From: Nageia nagi
Taxonomy: Eukaryota; Plantae; Pinophyta
Length of the DNA: 64,000 bases
Reading direction: 5' to 3'
Assembly: GCA_050084985.1 (NCBI GenBank)
Contig: JBITNC010000001.1
Span: 181,040,001-181,104,000 of the forward strand
In this document: one piece after another, positions 52,801 to 64,000 of the stretch
Position numbering within the stretch: the stretch's first letter is position 1
How the letters are laid out: each line of letters opens with the position of its first letter
Translations under genes and position numbers: made by a program
The notes under the pieces: model-generated
Databases searched by the model: none
Seen by the model: the letters and a program-made list of their open reading frames with translations, nothing else
What the model was told of the DNA's origin: nothing

Positions 52801-54358
52801 ATTGGATTATCAAAAATATCTTACAAATGTATCATGGATACAAAGGCTATCTACCTTGGTACATAAATTAGTACTTAATTAAATTTATTTTACATTTGAC
52901 TATATAACAATGGGTAATAACTTTATTCCATAGTACCCTAAGGTGTTTCATGATGAGAGCAATATGTCTAGACTTGGGTAACTCTAATTGGTAACTTGAC
53001 CATGTTTTACATCATAGTGTATGATGCATTTAATTACATGTGAGTTTCCATATAATGGACATAAGGAGTTTACATCATAGCTTTATTGAATTATATCATA
53101 GAAGATCTTTGATCCATCCTCATCCACTTGGTGTATCTTATTGACATCTTCATCTTGCACATTCATCCCAAGGATCCAAGACTTGTTGGGTGAAAGTACT
53201 AGGAGATATTTTTAGATTATTTGAGGATCCAAATAGCTCTTTCCATGATGTAAGGCATCCTACCCTAGGTGCATAATATCTCATTCATACAATCTTTCTC
53301 TTTCAATCAATTTCATACAAGGAAAAAATAATTAGAAAGGATAAACTCTATTCTTGATATTAAGAGGTTTTAGGTTCTCACTCGAACTACATCCCTTCCT
53401 CGATCATAGAGTAAAATTTCACCAATTAATATAATCATACCATCCAAATGCTTTCACATGCATCATTTACAAATTATCTTGAAATAGTAATTTTAAAAAA
53501 TTACACATGATAAATAAAAAGTTCAATGTTCAACCAATAAGAACAGTAAAAATCTCATAAATTCATTACCATGTTATAGGGGTAGTCATACATAGATATG
53601 TTTAATCATAAAATAATTTATTTTAAAAGAAATAATCATAGTTAGATCATTTAGATCTACCAAATAGTTTTATTATGAATTCTCCATTTCTTTTATTCCC
53701 TTAATTACAAGTTAGATGTAATAGCCATTTATTTTAGTAATATAATCAAGACTAATTTTAGAATTAAACGAGGATTTTGGAAGGGTAAAAATGGAGTTCA
53801 TATTCAAGCTATTTAAGATTAGGTGATTGCATATGATTTGCACTCATAAGGGTGGAAAGGATAATACTTACTATGGTTTCCATGATCTTAGTAAATCCAA
53901 CGAGCACAACATAAAATAAACATGATACTCAAGGGGTCTTCAATGCAAGCAGTGCACCACCATGAAGAGCTTCCCTCAACCCATGCTATGATGTCCTGAG
54001 ACATTAATACCTTATTTGTATTTGAGTACAAGATTATTCATATTAGGAGTAAAATAATATATTAAATTTTTTTGGATTCCCATATCATCCTGTGAATTTT
54101 ATTTTACTAGTACTTTTATTCGAAGTACCCTAATACACATGTATCAAACAAATCTAATTAGTATACCATTCATATGGCACAACTAAGGTTGGTCCACTAA
54201 TAGGAAAATAAATTATCCTTTAATATTATGAAAAAAATTTTAAATAAATAATTCAATCTTTTTAAGATAAATTATAAGGTCCAAAATTCAAATTCTCAAC
54301 TAGACTAAATATAAAATTGTTTACTTCTTCATTTAGATACCTCCAAACACTTATGGAA

Positions 54359-54800
54359 AAATTATACAATAAGTATACCCACCAAATAATTTTTAAATAA
54401 ATAGTTTCCTCCTTTTCTATATATAAACAAACTATACCACATGCAATAATAATAATAAAAATTTAAATAAAAATCTAAAAAAAAAAATTTCCTCAAATAA
54501 ATACAAGGTAGAGTACTATCTCTTGGCCAATATAAAATTAGTATGGAATTTACACCCATAAGTACTAAATCAAACATTGAGTAAATAAAATTTTCACTAT
54601 AAATACCTCCATATAAGGATAAATTATACAATAAATACACCCACCAAATAGTTTTCTCTTCTAGATACAAACAAACTATACCTTATGCAATAATTTTTTT
54701 AAATAAACGATTCCATTTAACTTCAGAAATATCAAACAAAATTCACCTCAAATAAGAACAAGGTGGAGTACTATCTCTTGGCCAATATAAAATTAGTTTG
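54359..54800. repeat. ~260-bp duplication within the chromovirus LTR
   Basis: gagtactatctcttggccaatataaaattag at ~54512 and ~54766. aaattatacaataa.ta.acccaccaaata occurs twice. Confidence 0.75.
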
Positions 54801-55339
54801 ACTTTACACCGTGAATTCACAAGACCATGGATTTTCTTTAATTTAATTTGTCTAATCTTTTCTCTAGATATTTACACATAGGTATGGACAAAGTATAGAA
54901 TACATTCACATGCAAATGTTGCAAATAATTACAAATATTATGTTCTCATAAGGTACAATTAATGTAAGGAAATTAATAACAATAAGCTTATTAATATTAT
55001 CACAAACTCTTAAATAAGCATTCCCTCCTTTAAATACATTGAAAATGGTCAAATAAAATTCAAAATTTAGACTAATGCTAAATTGCTACAAAAGCACCTC
55101 AAAAAATGGGAAATATGCCTTCCTTCATGGGTCTCCAAAATTTGGGAAGAGGGGGAGAGGTGTATGAATAATGATGATTTTTCTAATGGTTCTCCTAGGT
55201 ATTTATAACCAAAGGTTGGTATAGTCCATTAAAAAATATAACAATTTATCCACCTCACATTTTATTGTTCGTGAGGGATAGAGGGTTTTATTATTTTGTG
55301 GTAGAATTTTGACAAATTTGTTTGTAAGTACCAAGTCCT

Positions 55340-55610
55340 ACAAAATATTTTGCACACCTCATATTAGGCACCAAAATGTATAGAGAAGGTTTATCAATTA
55401 TTTTACACACCTAACATAAAATACCAAAATGTATGGAGATAGTCCCTCCATTATTTTGCACACCTATTACAAAATACAAAAAATAGTCCCTTATTTATTT
55501 TTCATACCTAATGCAAAATACAAAAATAGTCCCATATTTATTTTGCACACCTAATGCAAAATACCAAAATAACCTTACAACTACCATAAAATACCAAAAT
55601 AGTCTCTCAT
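55340..55610. repeat. Degenerate ~40-50-bp tandem repeats in the LTR
   Basis: ttttgcacacct...aaatac(c/a)aaaa repeated ~5-6 times. Confidence 0.7.
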
Positions 55611-56189
55611 CTTTATGGAATATTCCTTCCAACTTCTAATATAGTCAATTAATTTTTCAAAGCAATTCAAGCATGCACATCAAATTTTTAGCACATAGGT
55701 TAACCTATAGATATCATCTTTCTTGCAAGGTAAATTTTATTAGTGCATACACAAATATCATACACATCATAGGGATTGAATATCATGCATAATAATTATG
55801 AGATGCATTCATATGATTTAAGAAAGTCCCTATGGATGTCAACAAATCAAATTCAATCATTTCCTCACTCTTACCAATCTGTTCTCATAACCAACTCATC
55901 TTTGGTTTCCTGGGGTCTCCAACCTGACTTCCATGCTGAGTAACCTATAACTTGTGTCACAAAAATCTCACAACCAACATCAAATTGACACAAATATTGC
56001 ATATAACCACTCATAATTAATCATCTAATAACATAAATAGTCTCAATTATATTCAAATTCTCAAAGGTATTCAGATCATAATAAGTGCAATTTGGGTAGG
56101 TCGTTACATACTAACCCCTTAAAAAGGAACATAGTCCCTTGTGTTCTTAAATATAAATAATAGAGTTTAATAATATTTTACATAATCAC

Positions 56190-59100
56190 TCAAACAAGTA
56201 AGGAAATTATCTTCTCATCATAGATTCATCTTCCCAAGTGGAAGAAGATTCAGAATACTTATCCCACTAGACTAAATTTTCATTTATCTCCTAACTTCTT
56301 AATTTCCTAATCCTAAAAGCTAAGATTTTAATATGGAGAACTTCAACAACTTAAGGGTATTACATCTACAAGTTAGAAAAATCTAACACATGAGAAGGGC
56401 CAACAATATACTTTCTCAACAACGAGACATGAAAGACATCATGTATTTTTGAAAAACTTAGTGGAAAGGCAAGTATGTAGGTAATTGGACTCTACTTCTT
56501 GACTATTTCAAAAGGAACAACAAATTTGGAACCCAATTTGGTAGACTTTATGACACTTTTCATGGTTAGAACTTGTAAGAATACTTTATCACCCACAATA
56601 AATTTTCAAGGAGTTCTCTTAAGGTTAGCATAACTCTTTTATTGATTGATAACTTCCTTGAGATTCTATTGTATAGACCTAAGTTTCTCCTCCATTTTCT
56701 TTAACATTTTGGGTTGGATTATCATCTGATCCTTTTGATTGATATAAGATAAATGATCTTTTCATCTCTTTCCATAAAGAGCTTCAAAGGTGACTATTAT
56801 CAAAGATGGATGGTATCCATTATTATAAGCAAATTCGACTAAATAGAGGTAATACTCCCATTTAGTCTTTTGTTCCATGCAATACATTCTAAGCATATCC
56901 TTAAGAACTCTATTTACGCATTCATTTTGTCCATCTATTTTTGGATGATATGCTAAACTCATGTTCAATTTTGTTTTCAATGCCTTGTGTAATGATTTCC
57001 AAAAGATGAAGGTGAACTTTGAATCCCAATTTGAGATGATCACCTCTGAAAATCCATGCAATCTAAAGATTTCATGGGAAAACTTATTTTTCCATAATGG
57101 GGGCATCATAAAGTGGTTTTTTCCACAACAACCAACTCATGATCATAAGTTGCATAATTCAGTTCATGAGTTTTCAATTTCTTGGATTCATATGCTACCA
57201 TTTTTCCATTATGTAATAACACACCACCCAAACCTTCTAGTGAAGCATCTGTGCATATTGAGAAAGCACCATGTGGATTAGGGATGGTGAGAATAGGTGC
57301 TATGGTAAGCCTTTCTTTCAAGGTTGCAAAAGTTTTATCACATTTTTCTTTCCACTTGAACACCTTATTCTCTTTCTAAAGGCTAATGATGGGATTGGCT
57401 ATTTTTGAGAAATTTTTGATAAATCTTTGATAATATCCAGCTAACACCATAAAACTTCTTACCTTAGTCATATTTGTTGTTGCAATCCAACTCATTATTA
57501 TTTTCAGTTTCTTAGAATCGATTGAGATTCCATTTGCATAAATTATATGACTTAGATACTGAATTTATGAAATATAAAATACACATTTTGATAATGTTTT
57601 TTTACAATTGATTTCTTTTTAACAATTTTAGAGCCAATCTCATATTATGGTTATGCTCCTCCTTATTTCTTGAATATATGAGGATGTCATCAAGAAATAC
57701 CAACATAAGCTTGTTGAGATACTCTCCATACACATGATTCATCAAATTTATGAATATTGTAGGGGCATTAGTTAACCCAAAGGGTAGTACTACAAACTCA
57801 TAATGTCCATACCTAGTTTTGAAAGCTATTTTATGAGTATCTAAACTCTTGATCCTTAATTGATGGTATCCTGATCTTAAATATATCTCTGAAAATATAG
57901 CAACATCCTTAAGCTGATCAAATAAATCATTAATCCTAGGAAATGGATACCTATTTTTGATGGTGACCTTGTTTATCATCTTATAATTGCTGCATAATCT
58001 TAGAGTACCATCCTTCTTCTTTACAAATAACACTAGGTTTTATTAACTCTTTTTCTAAGAGATCCTACAGTTGTACTTTCAACTCTTGCATCCCATGGTG
58101 ATACACTAAGTTTTATTAACTCTTTTTCTAAGAGATCCTGCAATTCTACTTTCAACTCTTGCATCTCAATAGTATTCATTCTATATGGAGTTATAGAATT
58201 AGGTTCTGTTCTAGGTACTAGGCCTATCGAGAAATCAAATTCTCATTTGGGGGCAGTCATAGTAGGTCATCAAGGAATACATATTTGTATTCTCATAGCA
58301 AAGTGTACTTGCTTAGCATTTCTACATCCTTATCATTTTGTTCAACCTACTTAACCTTGACTACATATATCATCTCCCTTTTTCATATGCTTCTTTTAAC
58401 TTACATAGATGTGATCAAGTAAGGCTCAAAAGATCCTTGATCACTATAGACCCTCTATTGGGTTTGAGACTCACCAGGGTATTCCATCCATATTTCCTTA
58501 AATTCAATTAAAGATTTGTAAGCCACTAACCAATCCATGCTCAAAATTATGTCGTAAGATGCTAAGGGAACTACATAAAAAATTGAAATGATAGATCCAT
58601 TAGGTAATTCTACTTCCACATCCCTAAAACACTATCTAACATGGTACTTTTTTCCATACCCAAAATCTATTTTCCATCCATTTTTCAAAAGTTCCAATAC
58701 CTTAGATATTTCTTTACCTATGGAATTTGAGATAAACTATCTATAACACAATAATCTATCTAAACCTTAAATGATTTATTAGAGATTTTACCAGGAATTT
58801 GAAGGGGAGTGGCTTGTCCTTTGATTTGTGCTGATATAGTAGCTACAAAAATATGATACTTCTTGGACTGATCTACCTTTAAAGGAAACTAATTTGCATA
58901 GTGAGCTCCACCATATTTCCAACATCCATCCCTAGGATCCTTTTTCTATTCCAAAAACTTACCCTTAGTTATAATCTAATTGACCCTTTTATCTGAAAAG
59001 CCTTTGGCTATGGTTCTTGGAACTTTGGTTTCCATTACTAGTGTTATAGTTTTATTTACAAAACTATTAATTTTTCCTCTAAAAATTCTTCTTCTTATTA

Positions 59101-60200
59101 TTTTTGTTTTCAAATAATCTTTTCTCAAACTTGGGTGAATTACCATCTTTATGACCATGATTATTATCCTCAATCTTCTTATTGCCTAGCTATTATTCTT
59201 GATGTTCATATTCCGCTTTCAAGAATCCTATAATTTTACTCTTTCAAAGGATTTCCTTATCTTTTTCATCCAAAAGATTATAGTTTACGAAGGTTTTCCT
59301 AAATTTCCCTCTTCTCAATTCATAAGATCACACACTTCTTCAAGCATTTTGGGGCTTAATACATTCATCATAGTCCTTATCTTGGGGTCTATCCCAACAA
59401 GAAACCTATGAACCTTCATATGATTCTTATCTTTAGGAACATATTTGAGCAACCTAAAAATTTTTTTATGGTAGCTTTGGACACTCATGGATCCTTATTG
59501 TAGGGTATAATATTCTTCATACTTTCTATCATAATATATTTGAAGAATGAATCTTTTGTGTAATTCTACAACAAAGTTTGATCACTTCAAATATTGAATT
59601 CCTTGCTCAATATTGTAAGCATTCCACCATTCTAGTGCAATTTTCTAAAAGCTATAGGTATCCCATATAGTTTTGGTTTGTAGAGATAAGTTTTTCATCG
59701 AGAAGTATATCTTTGCTTCTTATAACAATACGTAAGCTTACTCACCCTCCTACTTATCACTAATCTTTGAGATCTAAAATTTCTTAAGATTTTAAGCAAG
59801 CTCTTATTCGATCCTTGCTTGAATTTGGTCATTTTTTCCTTCAGGTCTTGCTTGGTCTAGAACAAGTTCTTGGGAGGTTCAAACTATTGATTTAATAGAT
59901 TATTGATAATCTCCTTTTGTTATGCCACCTACTCTTATAACCTTATGATGGCTTCTTAACCTTCATTTTTCCTAGTGGAACAACTTGAGGAACTCTCATT
60001 TTCATTGTTATTAGGTACCTTTCTTTTGGCATTCCTCATTATTCTATTCCTTGCATTCAACCCCTAACATTCCTTCTATTTTCCCTTGCATTAGCATTCA
60101 TAGGCAGACCATTCTCTACACCTTGTTATAGGGTGCCAAAAGCTCTTGTTGCACTTCTTAGGATTTTCATAATTTGATTCCACTAAATGATGTTGTCATT
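56190..60200 (-). pseudogene. Chromovirus gag-pol pseudogene (gag, PR, RT, partial RH, INT, chromodomain)
   Basis: [13 protein letters not shown]...[10 protein letters not shown]...PFGLTNAP...[30 protein letters not shown]...AYHPKIDGQ. Chromodomain LV*WDKYSESSSTWEDE. Confidence 0.92.
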
Positions 60201-60982
60201 AGGCTCAAGCATACTTATCTCGACTTTGAAAAACTCTTGTAAAAAATGAGTCATGGATCATAGGCCTGAGGGTTTAAACTTGATGTTATGATACCAATGT
60301 AATGCATCACATATTCTTGAATTCATAAAATTCTAAAAATTTAGACCTATTTTTTGTTAAATTTAAGTACTCTAATGGTATAGGAATGAACAAAGTGATT
60401 TGCATGAGCATACCAATGCTGTTAGCTAGTCAACACCTACATGGCAAGATTGGTCAAATTCAGATTAACCAAACCTGATCAAAATTCTTCTAGTATTCAC
60501 TTCTCAATTCTTATTTCATTATAAGATGCCACATAGGTGATCCAACCATTTCTATTCATGATATGTGCAATAGATATTTTGGTCATGATGTAGTGATTTC
60601 CTACTCGAGGCTTGTATCACTTGAGAGAATGCTTACTCACAAGGCTATGCATCTTTCCCTAATGGTAACCCTTTGATTCATAGGTGCATATAGATTGTAC
60701 TAGAAAATCCTCCATATGAAATGGTTAAGCATCATCATTTATGAAATAGTTGTCATACCCATATTTGCTAAACTACAGGTAGTATGAATACTAGTTACCT
60801 TTCCTTGGTAACTATAGTTTTATCAAATGATACCCTCATTTGAAATTCTATCAAGGATATGAGACACTATCCTACCCATATCTATTGCCTAGGCTCACCA
60901 TGATGTCTAACATCTCTATGCCCATATCTTGGTGAGCCATGACTATTAGAATAATGCCCTCGAGTGGTATGTATAGTCTAAT

Positions 60983-63900
60983 TGTTGAGTACAAGCCAAC
61001 GATGTTGTAATTGTTGTCAAAACAAAGAGATCAATGTGCATATAGTTCCCATGGTTGCACATGTGGAAGTGATGATGTCTACAAGATTTGAAAATTTATT
61101 GGACACAAAAACGATAAAGAGACCAAACATTGTTAAGAGGTACCAAAAGTTGTCAAAGGGGAAAAATCGCAAACAAAAAGTGAAGGATAGCTCGAGATGG
61201 TTTGTATCAGTTTTTGGGTTGAAAATAAACTTGTGTGTAGTGTTGGAATGGTTGGATTATGTGTCAGTTCATTTTTGGACACTTTTGTGGATTATGAAAT
61301 AATTAGAAATCTGGGTGAAATTAGCTCCTTATAGATCAAATTAAGAGAGAATGGTAATGTTTCAAAGGCTAAATTTTAATTTGGATGTAGTAATATATAC
61401 CAAGAATTCATGTTCAAAATTTAAAGGCCAACAAAGTTCTTATGTGAAAATAGTGAGCATCACAAAATGGGTTTAAATCATTTTTTGTAGTTTTGGGCAT
61501 AAATTTTAGTTGTCATGGAAATAGTTGGATGGTTGTTTTGGGCTTACAAACTCTTCAAATATGGAATTTATATTTTTATACATGTATAAATTAGTGAGAT
61601 GAGAAACTTTGTATTTTGTATCATCTTGATTTGAGGTACTGAAGTATGAGAACCTTCAATGTGCACCAAATTAAGCATGTGTACAGTTTGATAAAATGTA
61701 TTCAAATATTTGTTAGAGACCACTTTGTGAGAACTGCTGTGCATAAAATATGAGAACTTATACCTTCAAATTTTGATAAAATGTATTTGGTTATATGGAG
61801 AATACGTGGTCCAAATTTCTTGTTAAACCGTACAACTAGTAAGAAGTTATGGCTATTCAAAAATGCCTCCAAAGCTCTTTTTTCCTATTTTCTTAGTTTT
61901 GGCATGTGAATTGTTTGACGAAATATCTCTAGAAAATGTATGAAGAGTTTTTGAGCTGTGCAGAATCAGAATTGGGATGTGACTTGTTTGATGAAATGCC
62001 TCATGTCTTGTAATAGAAGGCATGTGATTTGTTTGACAAAATGACCATTGTTGAAAATTAAATGTATGTGATATATTTAATTAAATAAAAAATGTAATGA
62101 GTTTGGGCATGAGCATTACATTCTAGATTGGACATCACTATTTTGTTTTATTCATTATCCATGAGATATATACAAAAAAAAAGGGGGCAAATATATAAAA
62201 GAAAGAAAAGTGGAGAGTAAGGGGTGGTATTGTCTGACAATATAATGTATCATTTTTTTTGGTGTGGTTTTATTTGAAGGTTTGTTGGGTGTGAACAAAA
62301 AATAAAAAATAAAAATAAGAGAAAGTTGTTCTTGAGATTTAATCTTTTAAATCTCTTTGTATACAATACATTTTATTCTAGAATTGTATCTTTAATAAAA
62401 AGAAGGCAGGGTGCACTACATTATTAAAATCCAAAAGGGACACTTGCTTTTGCATTTATCTTTAGTTAGCAAGAAAAGAATACAAATAGATATATAACAC
62501 ATATTATCAACAAGACAAAGAGTTTGAATAATAAAAGAGCTACTAGGTGTTAAGTTGTGAGATATGATTTCGGTTAGGTGTGCAAGTCATATAGAGGCAG
62601 TGATTGGATGAGTATACAAAATATTTGGAGACGGGATTTGTACTATCAAGTTAAGTAGAGATCAGTGGTTCCAATTTTAATGGATTTTTTGGATTGTGTG
62701 GAGTACTCAATAGAGCATGAGTAAAGAGACCATGAGTGTGAGTGGAGGAAGTATTGGAGCTATACCATTTAGGGTCTTGTGTGAACGATAATCAATCCTT
62801 CATTTTTTGTTATTAGAGTTCATTGAGTGGGTGCTTGGTAAGAGGAGTTAGTGCTCCTTATAGTTGGTACTATTCCTCATAGTGTCTACTATGAAATATT
62901 GTAACTTTTTTATGATTAGATTTGGATTGGAGTCTAAGCAATCCCTTTTGCAGAGTGGTTTTTTCCACATTAGGTTTCCACTATACATCCTTGTTGTGCA
63001 ATGCATGAATGTGTATTTATTTTCTTATTTTGATTTTCATACTTGGTAAAATTTTAAGATACATTGATTCATCCCCCTCTTAATTTCACATGTATTTCAA
63101 CAATTGGTATTAGAGCAAATTTTGGCTAAATCAATTAGGGAGATCTTACATGTGACATAATGACTTCAAGTGAAGGTTTCTCTTTGAACAAAGCTCCACT
63201 ATTTGATGGCACTAACTATGCTTTTTGGAGGATTGGGATGTAGACATATATCAATGCTTTAGGGTATGATATTTAGGAGGCTATTGAGAATGGATATACT
63301 GCACCTTCTACACCTATTATAGATGTAGCAGATAAGAAGGCATATGAAAATAACTTGAAGTCCAAGAATGCTATCATGTGCGGATTGGTGGATAGTGAGT
63401 TTGTAAGAGTAATGAAATACACATATAAAATAGAAATATGGGATAAATTGAAAAGTATTCATGAAGAAGACATGAAGATCAAAGAGGCCTAGCTCTAAAC
63501 ACATCGGTCATAGTTTGAAAGTTTAAAGATGAAAACATAGAAGCATACATGCTAAGGGTTAATGAGGTCATCAATTCAATTAGAGAAGTCAAAGAAAAGA
63601 TTGAAGACTTTATCATTGTGAAAAAGGTATTGTACTCCCTTCCTTAAAGGTTTGATTCAAAAGTTTCTACTATAGAAGAGGAAAAATATTTAAATACTTT
63701 CAATATGGATCAAATACATGGTTCTTTGATGGCTTATGAAATAAGAATAGGGAATTCCAAACCCTCAGATAGGGAATCCACTTTCAAAGAAAATAAAAAT
63801 GCTAAAGAAAAATAAAAATCAAAAGGAGAAGAATCTTCAAATGAATTGGAGGCAAGCTTTGTTAGAAAATTGAAAAAGGGGAAGCGAAAGTATAAAGAAA

Positions 63901-64000
63901 AGTTACCTTTCAAGTGCTTTAACTATGGTGGTGTTGGACACTTTGCAACCAAATGTCCTATCAAAGGAAAGAATGAAAATAATGATGAGTCATATAGAGA
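60983..64000 (+). mobile_element. Ty1/Copia LTR retrotransposon 5' part (LTR 60983-63102, PBS, gag)
   Basis: tgttgag...ttcaaca termini. PBS tggtattagagc at 63105-63116. Inserted in the chromovirus 5' LTR. Confidence 0.88.
63160..64000 (+). pseudogene. Copia gag (SIRE-like N-terminus), runs off the window
   Basis: MTSSEGFSLNKAPLFDGTNYAFW... and a degenerate knuckle KCFNYGGVGHFATKCP (~63910-63960). Stops present. Confidence 0.85.

Larger units (their letters stand above)
51039..60982 (-). mobile_element. Ty3/Gypsy chromovirus (Tekay/Del-like) with ~5-kb LTR; 5' LTR interrupted by Copia
   Basis: 3' LTR ~51039-56108 ends cgttaca, followed by a PPT complement. PBS TGGTATCATAAC at 60285-60296. 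5' LTR from 60298 aligns with 51039-51725 until 60980. Confidence 0.85.

Overview
AT-rich, CpG-depleted plant nuclear DNA. PPR style and element families suggest a conifer (inference). I find no intact protein-coding gene. The window is a nested stack of decayed transposable elements whose ends can mostly be placed from TG..CA termini, primer-binding sites (PBS), polypurine tracts (PPT) and target-site duplications (TSD). LTR elements: a gag-protease-only element (7131-12589, TSD GGACA), a 3.4-kb deleted Tat-type element (13493-16889, TSD ATAAG), a probable solo LTR (19671-50668), a Tat/Ogre element (21051-31378, TSD AATAT), a chromovirus (51039-60982) and a Copia 5' end (60983-64000). The standout is a 16.9-kb CACTA DNA transposon (33529-50387, 3-bp TSD ATT). 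Its transposase lacks the catalytic core. It carries an intron-containing NPH3/BTB-POZ gene fragment, a PPR-E-DYW gene fragment and smaller PPR scraps. Inside the PPR fragment lies a scrambled ~2.3-kb endogenous caulimovirid (movement protein, coat protein, protease, RT start) containing a ~96-bp inverted repeat. PPR-derived sequence also occurs in a probable second small CACTA (6706-13382) and in the Copia LTR. Coordinates were read by eye, and inner domain limits are approximate.
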